Assembly (NCBI GenBank): GCA_965220745.1
Contig: CBDCQT010000013.1
Coordinates: forward strand, 512,001-576,000
Origin: Alphaproteobacteria bacterium
Lineage (GTDB): Bacteria > Pseudomonadota > Alphaproteobacteria > UBA828
Direction of reading: 5' to 3'
DNA length: 64,000 bases
Part shown: one piece after another, positions 36,659 to 46,468 of the stretch
Layout: the number at the start of each line of letters is the position of its first letter
How positions within the stretch are numbered: the first letter of the stretch is position 1
The notes under the pieces: generated by a model
Told to the model about the DNA's origin: nothing
The model's database searches: none
What the model saw: only the letters and a program-made list of their open reading frames with translations
Program-made: the position numbers and the translations under genes

Positions 36659-39178
36659 CTACCGCGTTCCAGCGAGAGGGATACCGGTTGCGGTTGCCGT
36701 CGCGACGGTGAGTGCGCGGAGGTCTTCGGGCTCGACGTTCTGCAGGTTGGTCTTGCCGGTACAGCGCGCCATCATCGAGGCCTCGGAGGCGGTCGCCTTG
36801 ATGATGTTGGCGGTGCCGTGAGTGCGATCCTCGTCGCTGCGGTCGGCGGCGAACGTGAGCTCGCGGGTGCCGGTGATGACGCCGCCGGCGGCGAGCCCAA
36901 CCGCAACGCCCAGCACCACGGCGACGGTGCCAAGCGCGATCACCTTGGCCGCATCGGTGCCGGAGCGTACCCCGCCGAAGTAGACGAGGTCGATCTCCTC
37001 CTCGCGATCCAGGCGGCGCAGGATCGCTACGGCATCGCGCAGGATGGTGAGATCGGGCGCTCCCGTAAGCTCCGCCCAGGGCGTGCCGAGTCCCGCGCTG
37101 CCGTCCAGCAGCAGCATGTCGAAGCCCGCATCGAGCGCGTAGGGAATCGCCTCTTCCAGAACCGCCGGCGAAGAGACCGAAAGCCCCAGTATCTGGCCCT
37201 CGGCCGTCCGCGTCGCCTCCACCGGCGCGAAGCGATGCCCGAGCGCGTAGATCAGCCCCGCCGCGTCGGCGCTCGGTGCGATCTGCCCCGGCAGCACAAG
37301 CTGGAACCAGCGCGCATCGCCGCCGATGGGCCGCACCCCAAGATAGCTCGCATCCACCTCGGCAATGCCCTGGCCGACCGCGGCGCGCACCTCTTCGGGT
37401 GCATCGTCGAAGCCCGTCACCATGAAGGGCAATGCCAGGTCGGTGCCGCCGACGGTGGTGCCGATGCGGCAGGCTTCCCGATAGGGGTCGATCACCAGCC
37501 GCGACAGGTTCGCCGGCAGGAACGCAATATCGTCCAGCACCCCTGGAAGCTCAGCCGGGAAGGGATCGCCGCGCTCGACCATGCGCTTTTCCAGCATCGC
37601 CTTCTGGCGCACCGTGTCGTCGGGATTGGTGCGGGCCATCACGAAAATGTCCTCGCGATGGTCCACCGCATAGTCGGCCGAGCCCGTCTCCGCATCGCAG
37701 CGGAAGCACCGCGCCGCCTCCTTGCGCGCGGCCTCCCAGCCATAGGTGGTCTCGATCTCCGGGAACGACACCGGATTCTCGCCGAGGCCGAGGAAGTCGG
37801 GGTGCTGCACTGGCAGCAGCTCCCACTCCAGGTCTTGCGCTACCGGCACGCGGCGCGTCCGGTGAGGCGTGCGATATGGCAACGGGTCCTCGCGCCCTTC
37901 CAGGAACGCCTTCACGTAGTAGGCGACCCTCTGGCCGTGATTCATCGCCATCACGATGGTGGAGCCGCCGAAGGCTCCGTCGCCGGCCGCGAACACCTTG
38001 GGATCGCTCGTGCGCATGCCTTCCCACTCGGTCCGCACCCGGTCGGAAAGCATCATGCCGCGCCGGTCGAGGTCGTCGCAGAGACCCTCCTGCCCCACCG
38101 AGGCGATCACCATGCCGCAGCCGATGTCGTGCTCCGTGCCCGGCACGTTCACCGGCGCGCGCCGGCCTGACTCGTCCGGATCGCCTAGCGTCGTCTGCAC
38201 GCAGCGCACCGCGAGCTCGTTGCCTTTGGGCACGATCTCGGTCTGCTGGGTGTGGTAGATGAACTCGATTCCCTCCTCGATCGCGCCCTCAAGCTCGATC
38301 TTGCGTGCCGGGATCTCCGCCGGGCCCCGTCGGTAGATCACCTTCACGTCCTTGCAGCCCGGCAGGCGCTTCGCGACCCGGCAGGCGTCCATGGCGACGT
38401 CGCCGCCGCCCACCACAACCACCGTCTCCGGCATCTCGGGCCGCGCGCCTTCGTTCACGTCGCGCAGGAACTGCACGCCGTCGATCACCCGGCCGTCGTC
38501 CTCGCCGGGAATACCCATGTTCTTGCCCCACCACGCACCGATGGCGAGGACCACGGCATCGTGCCGCTCCTTGAGCTCGTCCAGCGTCACGTCGCGGCCA
38601 AGCGCGGTGTTGAGGTGGACCTCCATGCCCGGGCAACGCCGGGCCATGCGGTCGATATCCTCCTGGATGATCCCAGGTGGCAGCCGGAAAGCCGGAATGC
38701 CCCAGATCATCATGCCGCCGAGCCGGTCGGTCATCTCGTAAACGTGGACGCGATAGCCCGCGACCGAAAGTTCGTGCGCCGCCGTCAGCCCCGCCGGGCC
38801 CGAGCCCACAACGGCCACGCTCTGCTCGTGCCGCACCGGCACCGGCGGCGGGTCGTAATCGTGGCCCACCTCGTCCATGACGAAGCGCTTGAGATTGCGA
38901 ATCTGTACCGGCCCGTCGGAATCCGTCCGCCGGCACGCCGGCTCGCACGGCGCGTCGCACACCCGCCCGCAGATCGAGCTGAACGGGTTGGTCGCCGTGA
39001 TTGCCTCGAACGCCTCCTCGAACTTCCGCTCCCAGATATAGGCAATGTAGGACGGCGCATCCGTCCCCACCGGGCAAGCGATCTGGCAGGGCGCCGGCAC
39101 GAAGTGCGCGTCGTCCGTGTCGTCCGGCAGCTCCGCGAGAAGCTGCCCGCCCGCCTCCATCTCCTTCAGGATCGCCAT
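36659..39178 (-). CDS. GltD/NfnB-like FAD-[4Fe-4S] oxidoreductase fused to a degenerate glutamate-synthase FMN barrel
   Basis: PCQIACP, ICGRVCDAPCEPAC, GSGPAG, GGGDVAMD, FAAGD, RCFRC; C-terminal LPANLSRL...GGVRSGTDAAK...EDLRAL. Confidence 0.82.
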   Translation of the reverse strand: MAILKEMEAGGQLLAELPDDTDDAHFVPAPCQIACPVGTDAPSYIAYIWERKFEEAFEAITATNPFSSICGRVCDAPCEPACRRTDSDGPVQIRNLKRFVMDEVGHDYDPPPVPVRHEQSVAVVGSGPAGLTAAHELSVAGYRVHVYEMTDRLGGMMIWGIPAFRLPPGIIQEDIDRMARRCPGMEVHLNTALGRDVTLDELKERHDAVVLAIGAWWGKNMGIPGEDDGRVIDGVQFLRDVNEGARPEMPETVVVVGGGDVAMDACRVAKRLPGCKDVKVIYRRGPAEIPARKIELEGAIEEGIEFIYHTQQTEIVPKGNELAVRCVQTTLGDPDESGRRAPVNVPGTEHDIGCGMVIASVGQEGLCDDLDRRGMMLSDRVRTEWEGMRTSDPKVFAAGDGAFGGSTIVMAMNHGQRVAYYVKAFLEGREDPLPYRTPHRTRRVPVAQDLEWELLPVQHPDFLGLGENPVSFPEIETTYGWEAARKEAARCFRCDAETGSADYAVDHREDIFVMARTNPDDTVRQKAMLEKRMVERGDPFPAELPGVLDDIAFLPANLSRLVIDPYREACRIGTTVGGTDLALPFMVTGFDDAPEEVRAAVGQGIAEVDASYLGVRPIGGDARWFQLVLPGQIAPSADAAGLIYALGHRFAPVEATRTAEGQILGLSVSSPAVLEEAIPYALDAGFDMLLLDGSAGLGTPWAELTGAPDLTILRDAVAILRRLDREEEIDLVYFGGVRSGTDAAKVIALGTVAVVLGVAVGLAAGGVITGTRELTFAADRSDEDRTHGTANIIKATASEASMMARCTGKTNLQNVEPEDLRALTVATATATGIPLAGTR

Positions 39179-39181
39179 GGC

Positions 39182-41140
39182 TCAGCCCACCCTGCCGCGC
39201 AGCGCTAGCTCGCGCTCGCGGTATTCCGGCGCGTAGGGCAACCCGGTCATCTCAGCCGCATCGCGCGTGAGAGCCACCAGGTCATCGCGGCAGAGTTGGG
39301 TGGTGCTGCCGTAGCCCAACGCCTGGGTCAGCGCCGCGATTTGCCAGCGCACGCCTTCCAGATAGCGGTGGATGTTGCGCGCCTCCGCCACCGGGTTGTA
39401 ACGCCGCTCGTGCTGCGGGTCCTGGGTGGCGATCCCGGTCACGCATTGCCCCACGTGGCATTGCATGCAGGCGATGCAGCCCCCGGCGATGATCACCGCT
39501 GTCCCCATCGCCACTGCATTGGCGCCCAGGCACAGGCCCTTCACCGCGTCGATGCCGTCCCGGACGCCGCCCATCAGCACGACTTCCATCTTGCCGAGGC
39601 CTTCCACCTCCTCCAGCGCCGCCATCGCCTGGGTGATGGCGGCGAGCGTGGGCACTCCCACATGCTCCATCACCTCGGCGCCGCCCGCGCCCGTGGAGCC
39701 CTGCATGCCGTCGAGCTCCACGAAGTCGAAGCCGTCCTTGTAGGCGATCTTGATGTCGTCCCTGACCCGGCCCGCACCCAGCTTCACACTCACCGGGATG
39801 CGGTAGCCCGTGGCCTCCCGGAACTCCTCCACCTTGATGACCAGGTCGTCGGCGCCGAGGATGTCCGGGTGCCGCGAGGGCGAGCGCAGGTCGATGCCCT
39901 CGGGAATGCCCCGGATGGTGGCGAGCTCCTTGGTCACCTTCTTCGCCATGAGCTGGCCGCCGAAGCCGGGCTTGGCCCCCTGGCTGATGTAGATCTCGAG
40001 CCCGTCGGCCCGGTTCATGTCGTGGATGTTCCAGCCGAGCCGTCCCCCTAAACACTGGAATACCAGCTGCTCCGCCGCGCCCCGCTGGGCATCGCTCATG
40101 CCGCCTTCGCCGGTGTTCTCGGCAATGCCGGCCATGCTGGATGCCATGCCCACCGCCTGCTTGGTGGAGCGTGACAAGGCGCCGTAGCTCATCGGCGCGA
40201 TCATCACCGGCATCGAGAGCTTGAGTGCCCGCGCCCCGTTGAGGCCCCCGATCTCCGTATACATCTCGACCGCTGCCACTGGGTCGCCCGCCGTGCCCGC
40301 GCTGGACAGATCGCGTTTGAAGGCGAGGTCCGAGAGATGCGGCAGCGTGCGCGCACCGCCGTAGCCCCGCACCCGGTAGCGGCCGATCTGCGACTTGATG
40401 TAGACGTCCTCCTGCACCTTCGGGTTCCAGTAGTCCGACGTACCCGAGAAGGTGAAGAAGGGGATGCTGCGCACCTGCTGCTCGCTGGTGGCGTAGCGGA
40501 GCCGCTTGCCGGCGTTCTCGATCTTCTGGAAGCCGCCCTTGTAGGCGATCTCGTGGCGGTCCAGGAATTCGCGGATGTCGTCGACCTCGGCAGAGTCGAT
40601 ATCGGTCAGCTGAGCATCGGAGCCGAGCGAGCGCACCGCGCCGCCGACGTAGATATCGCCGGCCGCCATGTCCTCGCCCACGCGCTCGCCGGATTCGCCC
40701 AGGATGATGATGCGCCCGCCGTACATCATGTAGCCGGCCATGAAGTTGGCGTTGCCGACACAGCAGAGCGTCCCCGCCTTCATCACCTGGCCGGCGCGCG
40801 AGCCCACGTTGCCATGCACCACGATCTCGGCGCCCCGGATCGCCACGCCCGCGATGGCGCCCGCGTTGCCGCGCACCGTCACAGTGCCGGCGTACATGTT
40901 GTCGCCGAGGCCCCAGCCGACGTTGTTGTCGACCTCAAAGCGCGCCTGGTCCGCGAGCCCTGCGCAGAAGTATCCGGCCGAGCCCTTGATATGCACCCGC
41001 ACCGGATGGATTAGGCCGACGCCGATATGGTGGCGCGCGTCAGGGTTGAGGACCTCGATGTCCTCGCCTTCAGCCCCCCACTTGCGGATTTTTTCGTTGG
41101 CGTCCCGGACCGAAACCTGTCCTAGGTCAATCTGGACCAT
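39182..41140 (-). CDS. Fused GXGXG (GlxC/MgsB-like) and FMN-[3Fe-4S] glutamate synthase (GlxD/MgsC-like) protein
   Basis: GSAGYFCAG and G-x-M-x-x-G repeats; APMSYGALS, NTGEGG, QGAKPG, CIACMQCHVGQCVTGIATQD. Confidence 0.88.
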   Translation of the reverse strand: MVQIDLGQVSVRDANEKIRKWGAEGEDIEVLNPDARHHIGVGLIHPVRVHIKGSAGYFCAGLADQARFEVDNNVGWGLGDNMYAGTVTVRGNAGAIAGVAIRGAEIVVHGNVGSRAGQVMKAGTLCCVGNANFMAGYMMYGGRIIILGESGERVGEDMAAGDIYVGGAVRSLGSDAQLTDIDSAEVDDIREFLDRHEIAYKGGFQKIENAGKRLRYATSEQQVRSIPFFTFSGTSDYWNPKVQEDVYIKSQIGRYRVRGYGGARTLPHLSDLAFKRDLSSAGTAGDPVAAVEMYTEIGGLNGARALKLSMPVMIAPMSYGALSRSTKQAVGMASSMAGIAENTGEGGMSDAQRGAAEQLVFQCLGGRLGWNIHDMNRADGLEIYISQGAKPGFGGQLMAKKVTKELATIRGIPEGIDLRSPSRHPDILGADDLVIKVEEFREATGYRIPVSVKLGAGRVRDDIKIAYKDGFDFVELDGMQGSTGAGGAEVMEHVGVPTLAAITQAMAALEEVEGLGKMEVVLMGGVRDGIDAVKGLCLGANAVAMGTAVIIAGGCIACMQCHVGQCVTGIATQDPQHERRYNPVAEARNIHRYLEGVRWQIAALTQALGYGSTTQLCRDDLVALTRDAAEMTGLPYAPEYRERELALRGRVG

Positions 41141-42063
41141 GTACCGTAGCTCCCCGGCGGCGGTTCCCTGGTGTCGAGCGCGCGGCCTGGGAAGAGGCGG
41201 TTCAACGACACCTCCTCCGAGGCAATCGCGATCAGGTCGTCGTTCTCGTACATGATCATCGGCTTCGCCGCGAGATGATCCTTGGCGTAGCCGATCTCGT
41301 CCTTGGTCGAGACCAAGAACGAGAACGTGCCGTCGAGGTCGTCGATCGAGGTCTTCAGCGCGTCTTCGAGCGGCACCTCGTTGGCGAGCTTGTCCGCCAG
41401 ATAGACCGCAATCAGCTCGCTGTCGTTGTCGGTGTGGAACTCGAACCCGCGACGCTCGAGCCTGCGCCGCATCTTCCAGTAGTTGGTGATCTGGCCGTTG
41501 TGCACGATCGCGATGTCGGTAAACCCGGTCGCCCAGAAGGGATGCGCCGCCTCGGGCTTGACCTCGGACTCGGTCGCGAGCCGCACGTGACCCAGACCGT
41601 GGGTGCCCTGCACCTCGCGCACGTGGAACACATCGTCTACGTCATGGGCGCCGCCCACGTCCTTGCGGATGTCCAGACTCTCGCCGATCGAGATCAGCGT
41701 CGCCGCATGCTCCATGTCGTAGGTGAGCTTCTGCACGTCGCCGGAGAAGCGCACGACGACCCGGTAGCTGTTGCCCACGTGCTCGTCTTCCACGATCTCG
41801 GCGCCGTGGTCCTCAAGCGTGGTACGAATGTCGGCGATCGCGGCCTCGACCCCGCTATTGTGGCCAACACCATCGCCCGCACCGTTCTCCTCCTCCACGA
41901 GAAAGCGAAGCCGGAGCTTGCCCGGTTCGACATCCTCGTAGAGCGCGAAGCCAGTGGAATCCGGACCACGGTGCTGGCAGCCGTCCAGCATGTCGATCAG
42001 AGCCTGACCGGTGCCAAGTCCCGTGCTCCCGTGTTTGAACATCACGCCCGCTATTCCGCACAT
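41122..42063 (-). CDS. Class II glutamine amidotransferase (GlxB/MgsA-like)
   Basis: MCGIAG, HRGPDS, HVRLATES, AHPF, HNGQITN, DSE. Confidence 0.88.
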   Translation of the reverse strand: MCGIAGVMFKHGSTGLGTGQALIDMLDGCQHRGPDSTGFALYEDVEPGKLRLRFLVEEENGAGDGVGHNSGVEAAIADIRTTLEDHGAEIVEDEHVGNSYRVVVRFSGDVQKLTYDMEHAATLISIGESLDIRKDVGGAHDVDDVFHVREVQGTHGLGHVRLATESEVKPEAAHPFWATGFTDIAIVHNGQITNYWKMRRRLERRGFEFHTDNDSELIAVYLADKLANEVPLEDALKTSIDDLDGTFSFLVSTKDEIGYAKDHLAAKPMIMYENDDLIAIASEEVSLNRLFPGRALDTREPPPGSYGTWSRLT

Positions 42064-42170
42064 GCGCTGAGTCCCGTTTCATACCCTCGAAGGTGCTCTA
42101 TCATATCATGATTCTAGGACTCGCGCGCCGACGCACCTCTATCATGCCCCCAGTCTGAGGAAGATCAGCC

Positions 42171-43064
42171 ATGCCCCACGCGCAGTCACCGGACGGAACC
42201 AGGCTCTATTACGAAGAAGCCGGGTCGGGCCACCCGGTGCTCTTCATCCACGAATTCGCCGGCGACCACATGAGCTGGGAGCCGCAGCTCTGCCATTTCT
42301 CGCGGCGCTACCGCTGCATCGCCTATAGCGCCCGCGGCTATCCGCCGTCCGACGTGCCGGAGGACGCGGACGCTTACAGCCAGGACCACGCGGTGGCGGA
42401 CGCCATCGCCGTCCTCGACCATCTCGGCATCGAGCGTGCCCACGTCGTGGGCTTGAGTATGGGCGGGTTCGCGACCATCCACATCGGCCTCAAGCACCCG
42501 GCACGGACCTCGGCCCTCGTGGTTGCGGGCTGCGGCTACGGGGCGCCGAAGGACGCCCGCACCGGTTTCCAGCGCGAGACTCACGCGGTGGCCGACCGCC
42601 TGGAGCGCGAAGGCGCCGGCCCGGTCGGCAACGACTACGCGCTCGGGCCCACCCGCGTGCAGTTCCAGACCAAGGACCCGCGCGGCTGGGCCACTTTCCG
42701 CGACCGGCTCGCCGACCATTCCGCCAAGGGCACGGCCAACACGCTGCGCGGGGTGCAATCCCGCCGCCCTTCGCTCTACGATCTGGAGGACGGCCTCGCA
42801 GCCTTGACCGTGCCGATGCTGCTCATTACCGGCGACGAGGACGAGCCCTGCCTCGACGCCAACCTCTACCTCAAGCGCACGATCCCGACCGCCGGCCTGC
42901 TGGTGATCCCGAAATCGGGCCACACGATCAATCTCGAAGAGCCCGACGCCTTCAATCAGGCGTGCGCGGACTTCTTCGCCCAGGTCGAGAACGGCCGCTG
43001 GGGCGTGCGCGACCCGCGTTCGCTCTCCGGCACGTCCATCATCCGCGCCGACAAGGACGAGTGA
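42171..43064 (+). CDS. Alpha/beta hydrolase
   Basis: HEFAGD, GLSMGG, GDED, GHTINLE. Confidence 0.88.
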   Translation: MPHAQSPDGTRLYYEEAGSGHPVLFIHEFAGDHMSWEPQLCHFSRRYRCIAYSARGYPPSDVPEDADAYSQDHAVADAIAVLDHLGIERAHVVGLSMGGFATIHIGLKHPARTSALVVAGCGYGAPKDARTGFQRETHAVADRLEREGAGPVGNDYALGPTRVQFQTKDPRGWATFRDRLADHSAKGTANTLRGVQSRRPSLYDLEDGLAALTVPMLLITGDEDEPCLDANLYLKRTIPTAGLLVIPKSGHTINLEEPDAFNQACADFFAQVENGRWGVRDPRSLSGTSIIRADKDE

Positions 43065-44233
43065 CCGTGTCGGACACCGGGAAATCCATCGCCGACTCGC
43101 TGCACGCGCTCCTCGCCGAGCTGATCGCGATCCCGTCCACCACGCCGCCCGGCGACACGCAGGCGATCTGCGAAGCCGCCGCCGAGCACTTCAGGGCGGC
43201 CGGCTACGAGGTCTCCATGCCCATGCGGACCCCGCCGATCGCCAACCTGGTTGCGCGGCTGGGCGAGGGCTCGCCCTGCGTGGTGTTCAATGCCCACATC
43301 GACACGGTCGGCACCGGCGACCGCGCGGCCTGGCGCACCGACCCCTTCGCCGCGACGCTGGAGAAGGGCCGCATCTACGGGCTCGGCGCCAACAACTGCA
43401 AGGGCTCGGCGGCGGTGCACCTCTGGCTCGCGGACGAAATCGCCCGGCGCGGCGGGCCCAGGCTGGGAAGCGTGGTCTTCGTGCTCGCCGGCGACGAGGA
43501 GCGCCTGGGGCCGGAGGGCACCGCGTATCTGCGCGAGGATGGGCTGATCGAGCCCGACGCCCTGGTGCTCGGCTCACCCACCGAGAACCACATCATCATC
43601 GAGGAGCGCGGCATCCTCTGGGTCGAGATCGAGACCGCCGGCCGTGCCGCCCACGGCGGCGACCCGCCAGCCGGCGACAACGCAATCCTCCGCATGATGC
43701 GCCTGCTGGAGAGGCTTCAGGCCGAGCTCGCGCCGAGGCTCGCCACACGGCGCAGCGGCGAGAAGGTCTCGACCATGAACATCGGCACGATCCATGCCGG
43801 CGAGAACCCGAATGTCGTGCCCGACCGCTGTACGCTCCTGATCGACCGGCGGCTCCTGCCAGAGGAATCCGTCGACACCGCCTTTGCCGAGATCGAAGCC
43901 CTGGTGGCCGGTGCCGGCGAGCCCCGCGTGACCTGTGCCGTGCGCCGCCTGGTCGGCACGAACGGCTTCTCCGCGCCCCTCGACGGCCCCCACGTCTCGG
44001 CGCTGGTGGCCGCCATCGAAGAGCACCTGGGAAAGCCGCCGGAGGTGCTCAACGCGCTCGCCGCGAGCGACGGCCGCTTCTTCGCCCGCGACGGCATCGA
44101 GATCGTCAATTTCGGCCCCGGCGACGGTGCCGTGAGCCACGCCGCCAACGAGTTCATCCCGCTCGCCGAGATGGTGGACGCAGCATTGATCCTCCGCGCC
44201 TTCGTCGAGCGCACCCTCGGTTTCGCCGGGTGA
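43061..44233 (+). CDS. M20 (ArgE/DapE-like) metallo-amidohydrolase
   Basis: NAHIDTV, GDEE, GRAAHG, NVVPD, HAANE; GTG overlaps upstream stop. Confidence 0.85.
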   Translation: MTVSDTGKSIADSLHALLAELIAIPSTTPPGDTQAICEAAAEHFRAAGYEVSMPMRTPPIANLVARLGEGSPCVVFNAHIDTVGTGDRAAWRTDPFAATLEKGRIYGLGANNCKGSAAVHLWLADEIARRGGPRLGSVVFVLAGDEERLGPEGTAYLREDGLIEPDALVLGSPTENHIIIEERGILWVEIETAGRAAHGGDPPAGDNAILRMMRLLERLQAELAPRLATRRSGEKVSTMNIGTIHAGENPNVVPDRCTLLIDRRLLPEESVDTAFAEIEALVAGAGEPRVTCAVRRLVGTNGFSAPLDGPHVSALVAAIEEHLGKPPEVLNALAASDGRFFARDGIEIVNFGPGDGAVSHAANEFIPLAEMVDAALILRAFVERTLGFAG

Positions 44234-44265
44234 GCCGCCGACAACGCTCCACCCGGAATTCCGAG

Positions 44266-44295
44266 TTGACGCTCTGTTGCCGGCGCATCTATGGT
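44266..44295 (+). promoter_or_regulatory. Putative sigma70 promoter of the NYN locus
   Basis: TTGACG-N18-TATGGT. Confidence 0.5.
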
Positions 44296-44301
44296 GCCCG
44301 G

Positions 44302-44350
44302 TACTTGGTCCCCGCCGGACTCGCCGCAAGGCCCCGGCGGGGTTATTTCT
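44302..44350 (+). ncRNA. Structured leader or small RNA upstream of the NYN gene (terminator-like)
   Basis: CCCCGCCGG/CCGGCGGGG stem enclosing a GCC-GCAA-GGC GNRA hairpin, followed by TTATTTCT. Confidence 0.45.
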
Positions 44351-44356
44351 CCCGCC

Positions 44357-44992
44357 ATGCCCGCCGAACCTGAAATCAAACGCGCCGTTTCGTTCATCGA
44401 CGGGCAGAACCTGTACCGGCACGCGAAGGACGCGTTCGGTCACCATCACCCCAACTACGATCCGCGCAAGCTCGCCGACGCGGTGTGCGCCGACCGCGGC
44501 TGGCTGAATTGCGGTGTTCGGTTCTATACCGGCGTGCCGAGCGCGGACAGGTCGCCGATGTGGCATGGCTACTGGACGCGACGGCTGACCGCGATGCGGC
44601 GAGCGGGCATCGTCGTTACGTCACGAAGCCTGCGCTATCGGGTCGAGAAAATTCGGCTGCCTGACGGTTCGACCCTCGAGCTTCCGGTCGAACGCGAAAA
44701 GGGAATCGATCTCCGGCTCGGACTCGACGTGGTGCGCATGGCGCGAAACGCGGAGCTGGATGTGGCGATCATTTTCAGTCAGGACCAGGACCTCAGCGAA
44801 GTAGCGCGGGAAGTCCGCGACATCTCGCGAAGCGCTGGGCGCTGGTTGAAAGTGGTCTCGGCCTTCCCCGTCGGGCCGAACGCGACCGTGCGGCGGGGTA
44901 TTGATCGGACCGACTGGTTCCGGATGGACCGGGACTTCTACGATGCCTGTCTCGATCCCAGGGACTATCGGCCGGATCGGAGGCGGACGTAG
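44357..44992 (+). CDS. NYN-domain (PIN-like, LabA/DUF88) ribonuclease
   Basis: FIDGQNL, RFYTG, EKGIDLRLGLD, FSQDQDL acidic motifs. Confidence 0.88.
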   Translation: MPAEPEIKRAVSFIDGQNLYRHAKDAFGHHHPNYDPRKLADAVCADRGWLNCGVRFYTGVPSADRSPMWHGYWTRRLTAMRRAGIVVTSRSLRYRVEKIRLPDGSTLELPVEREKGIDLRLGLDVVRMARNAELDVAIIFSQDQDLSEVAREVRDISRSAGRWLKVVSAFPVGPNATVRRGIDRTDWFRMDRDFYDACLDPRDYRPDRRRT

Positions 44993-45163
44993 CTAGCTGT
45001 ATCCGCTGAGGACAGTCGAAGCGAGACAATTTCTGACGCTCGCGAGCCGTTTGTCCGCAGGCCACGCCGTGGGCCACGGCGTTGCGCAGCCGGCGCCGTG
45101 CGCCTACCCTGCGGCAGGGCGCGGGAGCGCGCATTCGATGAACTTAGGGAGGGGCTAGAACCC

Positions 45164-46411
45164 ATGTTCGACATCACTCGGAGAGGTTTGCTCAAGGGCA
45201 CGGTGGGGAGTGCCGCAACACTGGTGGCGGCGGGCCTCGCGGCCTCGCCCAAGGCCTATGCCGACGACGACGAGATCGTCATCGCCAGCATCTTCGACCA
45301 GTCCGGCGGCCTCGACATCTACGGCACGCCGATGACCCAGACCTGCGAGCTCGCGGTCGAGGAGATCAACGCGGCCGGCGGCCTGCTCGGCAAGAAGATC
45401 CGGCTGATCAAGTACGACCCGCAGTCCAACATGGAGCTCTACGCGCAGTACGCCCAGGAGGCGGCGCTCAAGGAGCGTGTCGACCTGGTGCACGGCGCCA
45501 TCACCAGCGCCTCGCGCGAGGTCATCCGGCCGATCCTCCGGCGCTTCCAGACGCTCCTCTGGTACAGCGTCATCTACGAGGGCGGCGTCTGCGACATCAA
45601 CAATTTCGTCAGCGGCGTGACCGCCGTGCAGTGGGTGAAGCCCATGGCCGACTATGGCTTCAAGACCCACGGCAAGCGCTGCTACTACATCGGCGCCGAC
45701 TACAACGCGCCCCAGATCATCGGCAAGTGGACCGAGGTCTTCGCCAAGGAACAAAGTTCCGAAGTCATCACCAAGGACTTCTTCCCCCTCGACGTGGCGG
45801 AGTTCGGCCCGGCCATCGCCAAGATTCAGGAAGCGAAGCCCGACTGGCTCTCCACCTGTCTCGTGGGTGCGGCGCACACCGGCTTTTATCGCCAGTGGTA
45901 CGCGGCCGGCATGCTGAACGAGATCCCGATCGTCTCGGTGACTTTCGGCGTGGGCAACGAGCACGTCCAGCTCAGCGCGGAGGAAGGCAACGGCATCGTC
46001 AGCGCCCAGCCCTACTTCCAGGAGCTGCAGCTTCCCGCCAACGTCGAGTTCGTGAAGCGCTATCAGGAGCGCTTCGGCGACGACGCCCAGTACCTCAACT
46101 CGGTGGGCATCGGCGGCTACCTCGGCACCATGCTCTGGTCGCTCGGCGTCAAGGCCGCCGGCAGCCACGAGCGCGAGGACGTGATCGCGGCGCTGCGCAG
46201 CGGCGACATCGCCTGGGACGGTCCGGCCGGGCACATGGTGGTCGATCCTGTCACCAATCACGTCATCCAGGACATGCACATGGCCGAGTGCCAGAACCAG
46301 ACCTGGAACATCTTCGAGAGCTACTCGCAGATGTACCCGAGCGACGTGATCGACCGCTGCGACCTGACCAAGGATCCCGACATGAACGCCCATCTGGAGC
46401 CGATCATCTAG
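45164..46411 (+). CDS. UrtA/AmiC-like urea/amide ABC substrate-binding protein (Tat signal)
   Basis: TRRGLLKG, EINAAGGLLGK, ITSASRE, YEGG. Confidence 0.85.
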   Translation: MFDITRRGLLKGTVGSAATLVAAGLAASPKAYADDDEIVIASIFDQSGGLDIYGTPMTQTCELAVEEINAAGGLLGKKIRLIKYDPQSNMELYAQYAQEAALKERVDLVHGAITSASREVIRPILRRFQTLLWYSVIYEGGVCDINNFVSGVTAVQWVKPMADYGFKTHGKRCYYIGADYNAPQIIGKWTEVFAKEQSSEVITKDFFPLDVAEFGPAIAKIQEAKPDWLSTCLVGAAHTGFYRQWYAAGMLNEIPIVSVTFGVGNEHVQLSAEEGNGIVSAQPYFQELQLPANVEFVKRYQERFGDDAQYLNSVGIGGYLGTMLWSLGVKAAGSHEREDVIAALRSGDIAWDGPAGHMVVDPVTNHVIQDMHMAECQNQTWNIFESYSQMYPSDVIDRCDLTKDPDMNAHLEPII

Positions 46412-46468
46412 GCGTTCTGAGGGTCGCAGCGTAACGAGTGCGATAGCACTCTTGACGACGGGCGCGCC

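Noticed and set aside
44993-45163. Guanidine (ykkC-type) riboswitch before the Urt-like operon
   Set aside because: GC hairpins are present, but without ACGR loops or other recognisable consensus.
46436-46451. GAGTGC-GATA-GCACTC resembling CIRCE halves
   Set aside because: Wrong order and spacing; more likely an intercistronic mRNA hairpin.
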